Source of the DNA: an uncultured Oscillospiraceae bacterium | GTDB taxonomy: Bacteria; Bacillota; Clostridia; Oscillospirales; Oscillospiraceae | DNA: 64,000 bases | Assembly (NCBI GenBank): GCA_900757415.1 | Contig: CAAENU010000214.1 | Coordinates: 20,455-84,454, forward strand | Direction: 5' to 3' | In this document: positions 35,480 to 45,712 of the stretch, piece by piece | How the letters are laid out: each line of letters begins with the position of its first letter | Numbering within the stretch: the first letter of the stretch is position 1 | Made by a program: the position numbers and the translations under genes | The notes under the pieces: generated by a model | What the model was told of the DNA's origin: nothing | The model's input: only the letters and a program-made list of their open reading frames with translations | Database searches by the model: none

Positions 35480-36811
35480 ATGTTGAAAGTAGCAAAATTC
35501 GGCGGCTCCTCCATGGCGGACGCCGTGCAATTTGCCAAGGTAAAGGCGATTGTGGAAAGCGATCCCGCCCGCCGCGTGATTGTGGTGTCCGCCCCCGGCA
35601 AACGCAACAAAGAGGATCATAAGGTTACAGACCTGCTGTATCTGTGCAGCGCACATATAAAATATGGCGTTTCCTGCGAGAAGATCTTTGATCTGATCCG
35701 CTTGCGCTATCAGGAGATCGCGGACGACTGCGGACTGGCGCTGGATCTGAAGGACGAGTTTGACGCGCTGTGGCGGAAAATGACCAGCGGCGAGGCGGAT
35801 CAGGAATATTTGGCCTCGCGGGGCGAATACTTCGCGGCGCGGCTGATGGCGGAATATCTGGGGTATACGTTTCTGGATGCGGCTCTGTGGCTGCAGTTCA
35901 AGTTTGACGGCACAGTGGATCAGGAGGCCAGCTATGAGGCCCTGCGCAAGGCGGCGGACGGCCAGCGGGTGGTGATTCCCGGCTTTTACGGCGCCATGCC
36001 CGACGGGCGGGTAGTGACGCTGACTCGCGGCGGCAGCGATATCACCGGCGCGCTGGCGGCGGCGGCGCTGGATGCCGACGTCTATGAAAACTGGACGGAT
36101 GTGTCCGGTATCCTGATGGCCGATCCACGCATTGTGGAAAATCCCGCCCCCATCCGCCGTGTGACCTACAGCGAGCTGCGGGAGCTGAGCTATCTGGGTG
36201 CGCAGGTGCTGCATGAGGGAACTGTGTTCCCGGTGCGGGAGAAGAACATCCCCCTGAATATCCGCAACACCAACGATCCCGCCCATGACGGCACCATGAT
36301 CCTCAGCAGTATTGATGACGAAGGGCAGGACGACAGCTTTATCACCGGTATTGCGGGCAAGAAGGGCTTTTCCATCATCACCGTGGCCAAGAGCGGTATG
36401 TCTTCTGAAACGGGAGCGCTGCTGAAGATCCTGTCGATTCTGGCCAAGCACCAGATTAATGTGGAATATGTCCCCTCGGGCATCGACACCCTGTCACTGG
36501 TGGTGGAAGCCGCCAAGGTCGCGCCCTGCCTGTACAGCATGCTGGGTGAGATCCAGCAGGAGCTGCAGCCTGATTCCATCAAGGTGACGGAGCATATCGC
36601 CGTGGTGGCGGCAGTGGGCCGTAAAATGGCGTATCGGCTGGGCGTGTCCGGTAAGATCTTCAGCAAGCTGGGCGAGCATGGCGTGAACATCCGCATGATC
36701 ACCCAGGGCCCCGAAGAGCTGAACATCATCGTGGGCGTTGAGGAAAAAGACTTTGAGCAGGCCGTCCGGGTTCTGTATGACAGCTTTGTAAAGGAGGAAG
36801 TTGCGAAATGA
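35480..36811 (+). CDS. lysC: Aspartate kinase
   Basis: KFGGSS, VVSAPG, RGGSDITG, ACT domains. Confidence 0.92.
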   Translation: MLKVAKFGGSSMADAVQFAKVKAIVESDPARRVIVVSAPGKRNKEDHKVTDLLYLCSAHIKYGVSCEKIFDLIRLRYQEIADDCGLALDLKDEFDALWRKMTSGEADQEYLASRGEYFAARLMAEYLGYTFLDAALWLQFKFDGTVDQEASYEALRKAADGQRVVIPGFYGAMPDGRVVTLTRGGSDITGALAAAALDADVYENWTDVSGILMADPRIVENPAPIRRVTYSELRELSYLGAQVLHEGTVFPVREKNIPLNIRNTNDPAHDGTMILSSIDDEGQDDSFITGIAGKKGFSIITVAKSGMSSETGALLKILSILAKHQINVEYVPSGIDTLSLVVEAAKVAPCLYSMLGEIQQELQPDSIKVTEHIAVVAAVGRKMAYRLGVSGKIFSKLGEHGVNIRMITQGPEELNIIVGVEEKDFEQAVRVLYDSFVKEEVAK

Positions 36812-37815
36812 AGCAGTTTAAGGTAGGTATTCTGGGCGCCACCGGTGCGGTGGGCCGCGAAATGATGAAGATTCTGGAAGAGCGCAAGTTCCCCGTGGCG
36901 GAGCTGCGTCCCATCGCCAGCGAGCGCAGTGCCGGCACCAAGCTGCCCTTTAACGGCGGCGAGGCCGAGGTGGTGGCTGCCTCCGACAGCGCCTTTGCGG
37001 GATTGGATCTGGTGCTGGGCGCGGCGGAGAACGACATCGCAAAGCGCTACGCACCCGCCATCGTCAAGGCGGGAGCCGTGTTTGTGGATAACTCCAGCGC
37101 ATTCCGGCTGGATAAGGATGTGCCGTTGGTTATCCCTGAGATCAATCCCGAGGATGTAAAGTGGCACAAGGGCATCATTGCCAATCCCAACTGCACGACC
37201 ATCGTATCGCTGGTGGCCATCAATGCGCTGAATCAGCTCAGTCCTATTGAAAGCATTGTGGCCTCCAGCTATCAGGCGGTCAGCGGCGCCGGCGCCGGCG
37301 GCCCCATTGAGCTGATGGCCGAAGTGGACGCGCTGGCCAAGGGCGAGAGCTACCAACCCAAGGTGTTCCAGTATCAGATCGCCTATAACGTGATTCCGCA
37401 GATCGGCGGCGAGGCCTTTGAGGGGTATACCTCTGAGGAGATGAAAATGCAGAACGAGGGCCGCAAGATCCTGCACCTGCCGGAGCTGAAGGTGAGCTGC
37501 ACCTGCGTGCGCGTGCCGGTGGTCCGCAGCCACAGCGTGTCCCTTGTGGTGCGCACCAAGGAGAAGATCAGCGTAGCCGACGCCAGGGCCGCCATCGCCA
37601 AGGCCGCAGGCTGCCGGCTGGTGGACGATCTGGCCAATAAGCAGTACCCCATGCCGCTGGATACCTCCGATCAGGATATCGTGTTTGTGGGTCGTATCCG
37701 CGATGATCTGACCAGCGACAACGGATTGAACATCTGGTGCTGCGGCGATCAGGTGCGCAAGGGCGCCGCCACCAACACCGTACAGATCGCGGAGCTGGCC
37801 ATGGGCATCCGGTAA
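36808..37815 (+). CDS. asd: Aspartate-semialdehyde dehydrogenase
   Basis: GATGAVG, DNSSAFR, NPNCTT, YQAVSGAG, RKGAA. Confidence 0.96.
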   Translation: MKQFKVGILGATGAVGREMMKILEERKFPVAELRPIASERSAGTKLPFNGGEAEVVAASDSAFAGLDLVLGAAENDIAKRYAPAIVKAGAVFVDNSSAFRLDKDVPLVIPEINPEDVKWHKGIIANPNCTTIVSLVAINALNQLSPIESIVASSYQAVSGAGAGGPIELMAEVDALAKGESYQPKVFQYQIAYNVIPQIGGEAFEGYTSEEMKMQNEGRKILHLPELKVSCTCVRVPVVRSHSVSLVVRTKEKISVADARAAIAKAAGCRLVDDLANKQYPMPLDTSDQDIVFVGRIRDDLTSDNGLNIWCCGDQVRKGAATNTVQIAELAMGIR

Positions 37816-37859
37816 GCCGGTCGGCAAGGCGAATTTTCCACAGAGAATTCAACACATGC

Positions 37860-37892
37860 AAAAAGGGCGTTCCCCGCAGGGAACGCCCTTTT
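37860..37892. terminator. Bidirectional terminator
   Basis: AAAAGGGCGTTCCC-cgca-GGGAACGCCCTTTT. Confidence 0.75.
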
Positions 37893-37967
37893 CAGTCTGT
37901 CAGAGAGGAATGGCCTTTGCGGCGGGATCGAATAAGATATCCCCGGCCTTTGGCCGGCGGATATGTT

Positions 37968-38528
37968 TTACAGGCCGATGATCTGCGCGTGCAGCGCCGC
38001 GGCATCGTCTGCATTGTGGGAGGCCATTACCAGTGTCCGCGGCCCTACCGCCTCGTTGATGGCGGTCAGACACTGTGCCCGGGAGGCGGGGTCAAGTCCT
38101 GTCAGCGCCTCATCCAGCACCAGCACGTCAAAGGGATGCGCCAGCGCACGACCCAGCGCGGCGCGGCGTTTCATGCCGCCGCTCAGCGTCTCGGGCAGCG
38201 CGTCCAGACTGTCGCCCAGACCTAACTGCGTCAAAATGCGGCAGGCCGTTTCCTTGTCGCTGAAGAGAGCGGCATTTTCCACCACGGTTTTCCAGGGCAG
38301 CAGACGATCCTCCTGAAACACGGTGGAAAACCGTATGCCGTCCGGGCGCGTTACCGAACCCCGGCGGGGGCGTTCCAGCCCCAACAGCAGCCGCAGCACG
38401 GTGGTTTTTCCTCTGCCGGAGGGGGCCATCAGGCAGATTCGTCTGCCTGATGGAAGTTCCAGCGAAAAATCCCGCAGCAGCGGGGCTGACAGCCCATAGC
38501 CAAAGGTTACACGGTCAAAACGTATCAT
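37968..38528 (-). CDS. ABC transporter ATP-binding protein (NitT/TauT type)
   Basis: APSGRGKTT, VFQEDRL, LSGGMKRR, VLDE. Confidence 0.85.
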   Translation of the reverse strand: MIRFDRVTFGYGLSAPLLRDFSLELPSGRRICLMAPSGRGKTTVLRLLLGLERPRRGSVTRPDGIRFSTVFQEDRLLPWKTVVENAALFSDKETACRILTQLGLGDSLDALPETLSGGMKRRAALGRALAHPFDVLVLDEALTGLDPASRAQCLTAINEAVGPRTLVMASHNADDAAALHAQIIGL

Positions 38529-39280
38529 GGCCGCCCCCCTCTTTGCCCGATGGCGGACAAGCGCTGCAAAAGGGTGCTGCACGCCACGATTACCACTGTC
38601 AGGGCAAATACCTCGTCATAGCTGACGCTGGCCTTCCCGCTCCACAAAAGGTCACCCAGCGAGCCCTGTGTGCGGCAGATGACCTCGGCGGCGATGCCGG
38701 ATTTCCAGGCAAAGCCCAGCGCCGTTGTCACGGCGGCTGCCACATGGGGACGGATTCCCGGCAGCGTGATCCGCCGCAGGATCTGCCAGCGCCCCATGCC
38801 GAAGGTGCGGGCCATTTCCCACAGCTGCCGGTCGGCATTTTCCAGGCCTGCCTCCACGCCGCACCATATGACGGGCAGCACAGTCAGAAACACGATGGCA
38901 CTGGGGATATAGGGCCGGCTGACCCACAGAAACACCACGATGGTAAAGACTGCCACAGGGATGGAGCGAACCAGCTGTATCAGCGGCGCGGCCAGACGGC
39001 GGAAGAGGGACCACTGCGCGGATGCGGCGGCGCCCAGCGCGCCGGCGGCAAAGGCCAGCGCAAACCCGGCGCAGATCCGCAGCAGCGACATGCCCACCGT
39101 CAGCCAGAAGTCCGGCTTCACCGCCATGCGCGCCAGTGCACACAGCGTATCTGCCGGGGTGGGAATGGGCAGCAGCAGCGTCCGGTTGGCGGCCATCGCC
39201 GCCAGCTGCCAGACCACCACCCAGAACAGCACCGCCGCGCCGTTTGCCAGTGTTTTACGCACCGTAATAGAAATCGTCAC
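38525..39280 (-). CDS. ABC transporter permease (NitT/TauT type)
   Basis: EMARTFG EAA-like loop, WKSGIAAEV; start uncertain. Confidence 0.85.
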   Translation of the reverse strand: MTISITVRKTLANGAAVLFWVVVWQLAAMAANRTLLLPIPTPADTLCALARMAVKPDFWLTVGMSLLRICAGFALAFAAGALGAAASAQWSLFRRLAAPLIQLVRSIPVAVFTIVVFLWVSRPYIPSAIVFLTVLPVIWCGVEAGLENADRQLWEMARTFGMGRWQILRRITLPGIRPHVAAAVTTALGFAWKSGIAAEVICRTQGSLGDLLWSGKASVSYDEVFALTVVIVACSTLLQRLSAIGQRGGRP

Positions 39281-40292
39281 CCGGCAGCGCGCCGCCCACG
39301 CTCTTGGGATCGGCGTCAAACATCACCTGCAGATAGCCGCCCAGTTGGGTCTTCATCTCCTCGCCGGAAACAAAGGTCAGACCGCAGAAGGGAATGGCCT
39401 TTTCGGCCAGCGCTGCTTTGGGGATCAGACCGTACTGTTCGCACAGAGCGGCGGTGCCCGCCGCGTCGGACTGCGCCTCCTCAATGGAGGCGGCGTAGTC
39501 CTCCAAAAACAGCGCTACCGCATCGGGGTTCTCCTGCAAAAACTGGTTGCGGACAATGACACAACCCATCATCAGCGTGCTGCTGCCACCGGAGATCTTG
39601 TCCCATTCCTCGGTCATATCCAGCACGGTACGTGCATTTTCGTTCTGCATCAAAATGCTGGTGGCCACCGGCTGGGGAGCCATGATCACGGCCTCGGGGT
39701 CATTCTGCCACACGGTCAGCAGTTCACTGCCCTCGCCGACAAACTGGATGGTCACATCCTCGTCGGGCGCAAGGCCGTTGCCCTTGAGCACATAGCGCAG
39801 GATATACTCCGGGTTGGCGCCCTGACCGGGGGCGTAGATGGTTTTGCCTTTCAGTTCGGCCACCGAGGCGATGTCCTGCCCGTTGGACAGCATGGACAGC
39901 ACGCCCAGCGTGTTGACTGCCAGCACGGAAATGCCGCCGTTGGTCTTATTGTACAGCGTGGAGGCCAGATTGGTGGCCACCGCCGCGATGTCGGCGTCAC
40001 CGTTGGAGATGGCGGACACCACCTCGTCATTGGCACCGGGCATGGTAATATGATAGGTATTCTTTGTTTCACCTGCGTCGGCAGCGGCCCACAGGTTCAT
40101 GGCGCCGATGCCGGTGGGGCCGGACAGCACATAGAGATTGACCTCCGCGCCTGTCGGCTCCGCCGTCTGGGACTGATCCTGCCCGTCTGCAGGCTGCGGT
40201 TTCGCGGCGCCGCCCTGCGCGCCGCAGGCAGCCAGACTCAGCGCCAGCGCCAGCGCCAGCAGCAGACTTACCAATTTGGTTGCTTTTTTCAT
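39255..40292 (-). CDS. ABC substrate-binding lipoprotein (SsuA/THI5-like)
   Basis: Lipobox LAAC, GPTGIG, NTLGVL. Confidence 0.85.
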   Translation of the reverse strand: MKKATKLVSLLLALALALSLAACGAQGGAAKPQPADGQDQSQTAEPTGAEVNLYVLSGPTGIGAMNLWAAADAGETKNTYHITMPGANDEVVSAISNGDADIAAVATNLASTLYNKTNGGISVLAVNTLGVLSMLSNGQDIASVAELKGKTIYAPGQGANPEYILRYVLKGNGLAPDEDVTIQFVGEGSELLTVWQNDPEAVIMAPQPVATSILMQNENARTVLDMTEEWDKISGGSSTLMMGCVIVRNQFLQENPDAVALFLEDYAASIEEAQSDAAGTAALCEQYGLIPKAALAEKAIPFCGLTFVSGEEMKTQLGGYLQVMFDADPKSVGGALPGDDFYYGA

Positions 40293-40912
40293 ACAATTAC
40301 CTCGATTCTTTTTCCGTCCCGGACGATAAGTCCGGCGTTTTCCAGTTCCTCCAGTGCCCGGTACAGGCTGGTGCGGCCCATGGACAGTCCTGCCGCCAGC
40401 TTAGTCATGCTCAACCCCTTCGGCAGAGAGCCTTTCTCACCGCAGTTGGCGCACAGCCAGCGGTAGACCCGCTGCCGGGCGCTGTCCTCCGTGAAAAGGG
40501 CAATCTTCTCGTTGAGAAACCGCACCCTGCCGGAGAGAAAAGCGATATACGCTGCCGCCATCCCGGGCCACCGGCCGAACCACTGCCGCAGCAGCGCTTC
40601 CGGCAGAAACAGCACCGCGCATTCCGTTACGGCCCGTACCCGGGACACATAGCCGCGGCCGCCGAACAGCGCCGCCGCGCCGAAGGTGTCTCCCGGGCCA
40701 AAGGCGGCCAGCACCGCCTGATCCCGGTGGTCGGCCGCCGCCTCTGCCCGGCCGTGCAGCACGATGCCCAGCGCCGGCGCCGCCGCTCCCGGCCGGCAGA
40801 TGGTCTCACCCCGCCCAAAGCTGCATACCGGCAGGGACAACGCCTCGTTCAGAGCCTGCTCGGCATCCTGAAACAGGAAATGCTGCGCCAGAAGTGTTCG
40901 ATGATCCTCCAT
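40289..40912 (-). CDS. Crp/Fnr family transcriptional regulator
   Basis: cNMP-like domain (GDTFG) plus C-terminal HTH (RTSLYRAL). Confidence 0.85.
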   Translation of the reverse strand: MEDHRTLLAQHFLFQDAEQALNEALSLPVCSFGRGETICRPGAAAPALGIVLHGRAEAAADHRDQAVLAAFGPGDTFGAAALFGGRGYVSRVRAVTECAVLFLPEALLRQWFGRWPGMAAAYIAFLSGRVRFLNEKIALFTEDSARQRVYRWLCANCGEKGSLPKGLSMTKLAAGLSMGRTSLYRALEELENAGLIVRDGKRIEVIV

Positions 40913-40927
40913 ACCGCGCTCCTTTTT

Positions 40928-40981
40928 TGTTCCATATGGAACAGTTTTTATCAGTATAAAGGCGGCGCGGCCGGTTGTCAA
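40928..40981 (-). promoter_or_regulatory. sigmaA promoter plus perfect 16-bp palindromic operator
   Basis: TTGACA-N17-TATACT followed by TGTTCCATATGGAACA (40928-40943) before the RBS. Confidence 0.6.
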
Positions 40982-41032
40982 GAGGGTAAAAATGTGGTAT
41001 GCTGACAGAAAATGAGGAAGGGAGACACCCTT

Positions 41033-41788
41033 ATGCGATTGATCTCTTGGAATGTAAACGGCCTGCGCGCCTGTCTGGGTAAGGGCTTTCTGGATTTCTG
41101 CGCTTTTGCCGACGCGGATGTGATCTGCCTGCAGGAGACGAAAATGCGGCCGGAGCAGGCGGCGTTTGAGCTGCCCGGCTATCACCTCTATTGGAACAGC
41201 GCCGACAAGGCCGGCTATTCCGGCACCGCCGTTTTTACCCGCAGGGAACCTCTCAGCGTGAGCTGCGATTTCGGGGCGGATATCCACCGCCATGAGGGCC
41301 GGGTCATCACGGCAGAGTATGAGGATTTTTATCTGGTATGCTGCTATACCCCCAACTCCAAGGATCAGCTGTCACGGCTGGATTACCGGATGGAGTGGGA
41401 AGACGATATCCGGGAATATCTCATGGAACTGGATGCGCGCAAGCCGGTGGTCTACTGCGGAGATCTGAACGTGGCGCATGAGGAGATCGACCTGAAGAAC
41501 CCTAAATCCAACCGCATGAATCCCGGATTCTCTGACGAGGAGCGGGCCAAAATGACCCAACTTCTTGCCAGCGGCTTTGCCGATACCTTCCGCACATTGT
41601 ACCCTGACCGCACAGGCGCCTATTCCTGGTGGAGCTACCGCTTTCATGCGCGGCAGAACAACGCGGGATGGCGCATCGACTATTTCATCGTGTCCCAGCG
41701 GCTGCTGCCCCGAGTAAAAAATGCCGATATCTGGCCGGAGGTCACCGGCAGCGACCACTGCCCCGTGGTGCTGGAGCTGAGTGAATAA
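41033..41788 (+). CDS. xth: Exodeoxyribonuclease III
   Basis: SWNVNG, LQETK, GDLNVAH, WWSYR, GWRIDY, GSDHCP. Confidence 0.95.
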   Translation: MRLISWNVNGLRACLGKGFLDFCAFADADVICLQETKMRPEQAAFELPGYHLYWNSADKAGYSGTAVFTRREPLSVSCDFGADIHRHEGRVITAEYEDFYLVCCYTPNSKDQLSRLDYRMEWEDDIREYLMELDARKPVVYCGDLNVAHEEIDLKNPKSNRMNPGFSDEERAKMTQLLASGFADTFRTLYPDRTGAYSWWSYRFHARQNNAGWRIDYFIVSQRLLPRVKNADIWPEVTGSDHCPVVLELSE

Positions 41789-41853
41789 GGTACAATAAAA
41801 ATGATCCTGCATCCCATGGGATGCAGGATCGTTTTTCAGATAAAACGGGGACT

Positions 41854-43044
41854 TCAGCGCCTGTTATAAGCTTCGATGCCAAGACGCAGCAGATCCATGG
41901 CACGTTCCAGATCTTCCTGCTTGAGAACATAGGCGATGCGAATCTCATTTTTGCCCTTACCGGGCGTGGCATAGAACGGCTCACCGGGGGCGAACATCAC
42001 GGTGTCGCCGTGATCCTCGAATTCCTCCAGCAGCCATTGCTGGAACCTATCGGCATCGTCTACCGGCAGGGCGGCCATAATGTAGAACGCGCCGCGGGGG
42101 CACTCGCACACCACGCCGGGGATCTCATGCAGCTTGCGCATCACCGTGTCTCGGCGGCGCTTGTACTCCTCACGGACGGCGGCAAAGTAATCCGGCCCCA
42201 CACTGTACAGCGCGGCGGAAGCCACCTGATCGATAGTGGGCACCGACAGGCGGCACTGGGCGTATTTCATGGCCTGCGCCATCAGCTCCTTGTTGCGGGA
42301 GATCATGCAGCCGATGCGGGCGCCGCAGGCGGAAAAGCGTTTGGACACGGTGTCGATGACGATCACGTTTTCGGCGGCGTCGGCAAACTGGCCCATGGAC
42401 TGCAGCGGTTCGCCGGCATAGACGAACTCGCGGTAGGCCTCGTCGCCGATGATGAACAGGTCATGCTCCTTGGCAATGTCCACCATCATCCGCATTTCCT
42501 CCGCCGTCAGCACCGCGCCGGTGGGGTTGCCGGGGTTGGTGACCATAATGGCGCGGGTATGTTCGTTGATCTCCGCCTCCACCTTGGCCCGGTCGGCATA
42601 ATGATAGCCGTCATGGGGCGTGGTGGGGATGGGGTGGATGGATGCGCCGCAGGTATAGGCCATGGTATTGTAGTTGGGATAGAACGGCTCCGGAATCAGG
42701 ATTTCGTCGCCATCATCGAGGATGCAGTTCATGGCGATCTGCAGCGCCTCGCTGCCGCCGTTGGTGATAAGAATATCGCCGGTTTCAAAATGCATATCCA
42801 GATTATCATAATACTTCTGGATGGCGGCGATCAGCTCCGGGATACCGGGGGACGGCGCATAGGCCAGCACCGGCAGGTCAAAGTGCTTTACCGCGTCAAA
42901 ATACGCTTTCGGCGTTTCAATATCCGGCTGGCCGATATTCAGATGATAAATCTTTCTGCCCTTTGCCTCTGCCGCCAATGCATAAGGATGAAACTTACGC
43001 ATGGGTGACAGTCCGCATTTCAGAGCTTTACTTGAAAACTTCAT
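41854..43044 (-). CDS. PLP-dependent class I/II aminotransferase (aspartate aminotransferase-like)
   Basis: NIGQPD, NPGNPTG, DEAY, SKRFSACGARIG. Confidence 0.9.
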   Translation of the reverse strand: MKFSSKALKCGLSPMRKFHPYALAAEAKGRKIYHLNIGQPDIETPKAYFDAVKHFDLPVLAYAPSPGIPELIAAIQKYYDNLDMHFETGDILITNGGSEALQIAMNCILDDGDEILIPEPFYPNYNTMAYTCGASIHPIPTTPHDGYHYADRAKVEAEINEHTRAIMVTNPGNPTGAVLTAEEMRMMVDIAKEHDLFIIGDEAYREFVYAGEPLQSMGQFADAAENVIVIDTVSKRFSACGARIGCMISRNKELMAQAMKYAQCRLSVPTIDQVASAALYSVGPDYFAAVREEYKRRRDTVMRKLHEIPGVVCECPRGAFYIMAALPVDDADRFQQWLLEEFEDHGDTVMFAPGEPFYATPGKGKNEIRIAYVLKQEDLERAMDLLRLGIEAYNRR

Positions 43045-43159
43045 GGTGTTGCCTCCTCATGATATTTGACGGCAGATTAAAATTCTGCCATATATCATGA
43101 TATTCCGTTTTTGGCCATACGTCAAGTCTCTGCGGCGAAAAAAGAAAGATTCTGCCATG

Positions 43160-43681
43160 CTATCCGCCGAAGAAAAGCCGGGTGCACCATGCCGCCGACA
43201 AAAAACCTGCCAGATCCGCTGTCAGCGCGGCGGGAATGGTGTAGCGGGTGCGGCGGATGCCCGCCGCGCCGAAGTAGACGGCGACCGTATAAAACGTGGT
43301 CTCCGTGCAGCCCAGCATGACCGCCGCGGTGCGGCCAATGGTACTGTCGGCTCCGTAGGTATCCATCAGCTCGCTGCCAACGGCCAGCGCACCGCTGCCG
43401 CTGAGAGGACGGATCAGCAGCAGCGGCGCGGTTTCCGGCGGGATTCCCAGCGCAGCCAGTACCGGGGAGAGCAGGGTGGTCAGGGTGTCCAGCGCACCGG
43501 AGGCGCGGAACATGTATATGGCCGCCAGCAGGGCCACAAGATTGGGGAGAATGCGTATCACGACCTTCAGCCCCTCCGCCGCGCCATCGGTCAGGGCGGC
43601 GTAAATATCCGCGCGGCGGCGCAGTCCCCCGCATGCCGCGGCGGTGAACAGCAGGGGAATCAGCAGTGCGCTCAGCTCCAT
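43160..43681 (-). CDS. spmB: Spore maturation protein B
   Basis: RPLSGSG, TETTFYTVAVYFG. Confidence 0.9.
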   Translation of the reverse strand: MELSALLIPLLFTAAACGGLRRRADIYAALTDGAAEGLKVVIRILPNLVALLAAIYMFRASGALDTLTTLLSPVLAALGIPPETAPLLLIRPLSGSGALAVGSELMDTYGADSTIGRTAAVMLGCTETTFYTVAVYFGAAGIRRTRYTIPAALTADLAGFLSAAWCTRLFFGG

Positions 43682-44259
43682 CGGCGCCGCCATAAAAGCT
43701 GAAATCCGCGGGCCGCCAGCAGGCCTGCCGAAACGGAGAGCAGGGAGGAGAGCCACACAGCGGGCAGGATATCAAGCGGAGTGGCGCAGCCGTGGGCGCT
43801 GCGCAGCGCCGCCACTGTGGTGGGCAGCAGCTGAATGGAGGCGGTGTTGAGCACGACGAAACGGCACAGCTCATCGTCCGCCGTGCCGCCGCATCCGGCC
43901 GCCATTCGGCTGGCGGCGCGGATCCCCAGCGGTGTGGCGGCGTTGCCCAGCCCCAAAAGATTGGCCGAGACGTTGGCACTGAGCGCGGCAAGAGTTTCTC
44001 TGTCGCGGCTGGCATGCGGCAGAATGCGCCGCAGTACCGGCCGCAGCAGCCGGGACAGCGCGCCGCTCAGGCCACCCCGTTCCATCATCGTCATGATGCC
44101 GCTCCACAGGCAGATGACACCGGCCATGGAAAGGCACAGCTCCACGGCGGCACCGGCACCCTCCAGTGCGGCGGCGGAGACGGCTGCCAGCTGTCCTGTG
44201 GCGGCGCCGAACAGCAGCGACAGACCGAACAGCGCACATAAAAAATAGGATAGGGCCAT
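43672..44259 (-). CDS. spmA: Spore maturation protein A
   Basis: ANLLGLGNAATPLG, LNTASIQLLPTT. Confidence 0.9.
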   Translation of the reverse strand: MALSYFLCALFGLSLLFGAATGQLAAVSAAALEGAGAAVELCLSMAGVICLWSGIMTMMERGGLSGALSRLLRPVLRRILPHASRDRETLAALSANVSANLLGLGNAATPLGIRAASRMAAGCGGTADDELCRFVVLNTASIQLLPTTVAALRSAHGCATPLDILPAVWLSSLLSVSAGLLAARGFQLLWRRRWS

Positions 44260-44278
44260 GATTTTTCACCTCGTGTGC

Positions 44279-44306
44279 ACTATATGCACATATGTAATGG
44301 GGATAT
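44279..44306 (-). promoter_or_regulatory. sigmaE-type promoter of spmAB
   Basis: ATA-N17-CATATAGT; spmAB are sigmaE-dependent in Bacillus. Confidence 0.55.
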
Positions 44307-44422
44307 TTGTAAAATTATTGGTGAAAACGGCAACTCGTGGTTGACAAAGCAGTAAAAATATGGCATGATGAGTGGGCAGGGAACTCACATGATGTGAGCA
44401 ACAGAACAGAGGAGAGGTTTCC

Positions 44423-44665
44423 GTGAAGTCTACTGGTATTGTCAGGAAAGTGGATGAGCTGGGACGGATCGTGCTGCCCATCGAGCTGCGGCGCACGCTG
44501 GAGATCGCTGAAAAGGATGCTTTGGAGATTTATGTGGACGGGTCCACAATCGTATTGAAAAAGTTCCGGCCCAGCTGCATCTTCTGCGACAGCAGCAGGG
44601 ATTTGGTGGTGTACAGGGATAAAAATGTCTGTCCCCGCTGTCTCAAGGATCTGAAAAACAGCTGA
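44423..44665 (+). CDS. abrB: AbrB-family transition-state regulator
   Basis: MKSTGIVRKVDELGRIVLPIELRR, C-terminal CIFC..CPRC; upstream TTGACA-N17-CATGAT. Confidence 0.9.
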   Translation: MKSTGIVRKVDELGRIVLPIELRRTLEIAEKDALEIYVDGSTIVLKKFRPSCIFCDSSRDLVVYRDKNVCPRCLKDLKNS

Positions 44666-44672
44666 AAAGCGG

Positions 44673-44708
44673 AAAACATCCCCGCCATAGCGGCGGGGAT
44701 GTTTTTTT
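44673..44708 (+). terminator. Terminator after abrB
   Basis: AAAACATCCCCGCC-atagc-GGCGGGGATGTTTTTTT. Confidence 0.75.
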
Positions 44709-44872
44709 ACTGCATGAAATCTTCGGTTCTATTGTCAAAAAGGCCTGCGGCCCGCTGTGGACTTTTTTGCCCTTGGCGGGCCGGGAAGTACTTTTGCCAC
44801 GCATATACCGCGGCAAAATGATCTTAATTCTTCACCCCTGCGGGCACGAATTCCGTGAAGCTTTTGGCGGCG

Positions 44873-45712
44873 TTACGTTTTCAACGCCGCATCATACAGA
44901 GCGTTGCGGCTCAGACCGGTATCATCGGCCACGGCGCGGACAGCGTCCTTCAGCCGCTGCCCCTCCTCGCGGCGGCGCAGCACCAGCGCCACGCCCTCCT
45001 CCAGCGTCAGTGCCGGAGCATCGGATCGCTGGCGGCCGGCCACCACCAGCACATATTCCCCCCGGGGTTCATTGGCGGCATAATACGCAGCCGCGTCCGC
45101 CAGTGTAGTGCGCATGGTCTCCTCGTGGAGCTTGGTCAGCTCGCGGCACAGGGCGATCTGCCGCTCTCCGCCGAAGGCCTCTGCCATGTCGCAGAGCGTG
45201 GCGCGCAGGCGGTGGGGCGCTTCATGAAAGACCATGGTGCGCAGTTCGCCGGTCAGCTCATGGAGCTGCTCGCGGCGCTCCTTTTTGCCGGAAGGGAGAA
45301 AACCCTCAAAGGTGAAGCGAGCGGTGGGCAGTCCCGACACAGCCAGAGCATACACCGCGGCGCAGCAGCCGGGAACGGCCAGCACCGTGACGCCGTTTTC
45401 AGCGCACAGCCGGACAAGATCCTCGCCGGGATCGCTGATGGCGGGCATGCCCGCATCCGTGACCAGCGCGCAGCTTTCGCCATCCAGCAGGCGTGCCAAA
45501 ATCGCCTGCCCGGCAGAGGCGCGGTTATGTTCGTGATAGCTGACCAGTGGTTTTTTGACGCCGAAGTGGTTCAAAAGCTTCACCGATACGCGGGTATCCT
45601 CGGCGGCGATGAAATCGGCGTTTTGCAGTGTTTCAACGGCGCGGGGAGAAAAATCTCCCAGATTGCCGATGGGGGTGGCGACCAGATATAAGGTTCCGGG
45701 CATGAGGGTCAC
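44873..45712 (-). CDS. rsmI: 16S rRNA (cytidine1402-2'-O)-methyltransferase
   Basis: LYLVATPIGNL, AEDTR, DAGMPAISDPG, RELTKLHE. Confidence 0.94.
   Translation of the reverse strand: MTLMPGTLYLVATPIGNLGDFSPRAVETLQNADFIAAEDTRVSVKLLNHFGVKKPLVSYHEHNRASAGQAILARLLDGESCALVTDAGMPAISDPGEDLVRLCAENGVTVLAVPGCCAAVYALAVSGLPTARFTFEGFLPSGKKERREQLHELTGELRTMVFHEAPHRLRATLCDMAEAFGGERQIALCRELTKLHEETMRTTLADAAAYYAANEPRGEYVLVVAGRQRSDAPALTLEEGVALVLRRREEGQRLKDAVRAVADDTGLSRNALYDAALKT

Noticed and set aside
35285..35480. Lysine riboswitch or T-box ahead of ask/thr genes
   Set aside because: The region is short, AT-rich and lacks the conserved motifs.
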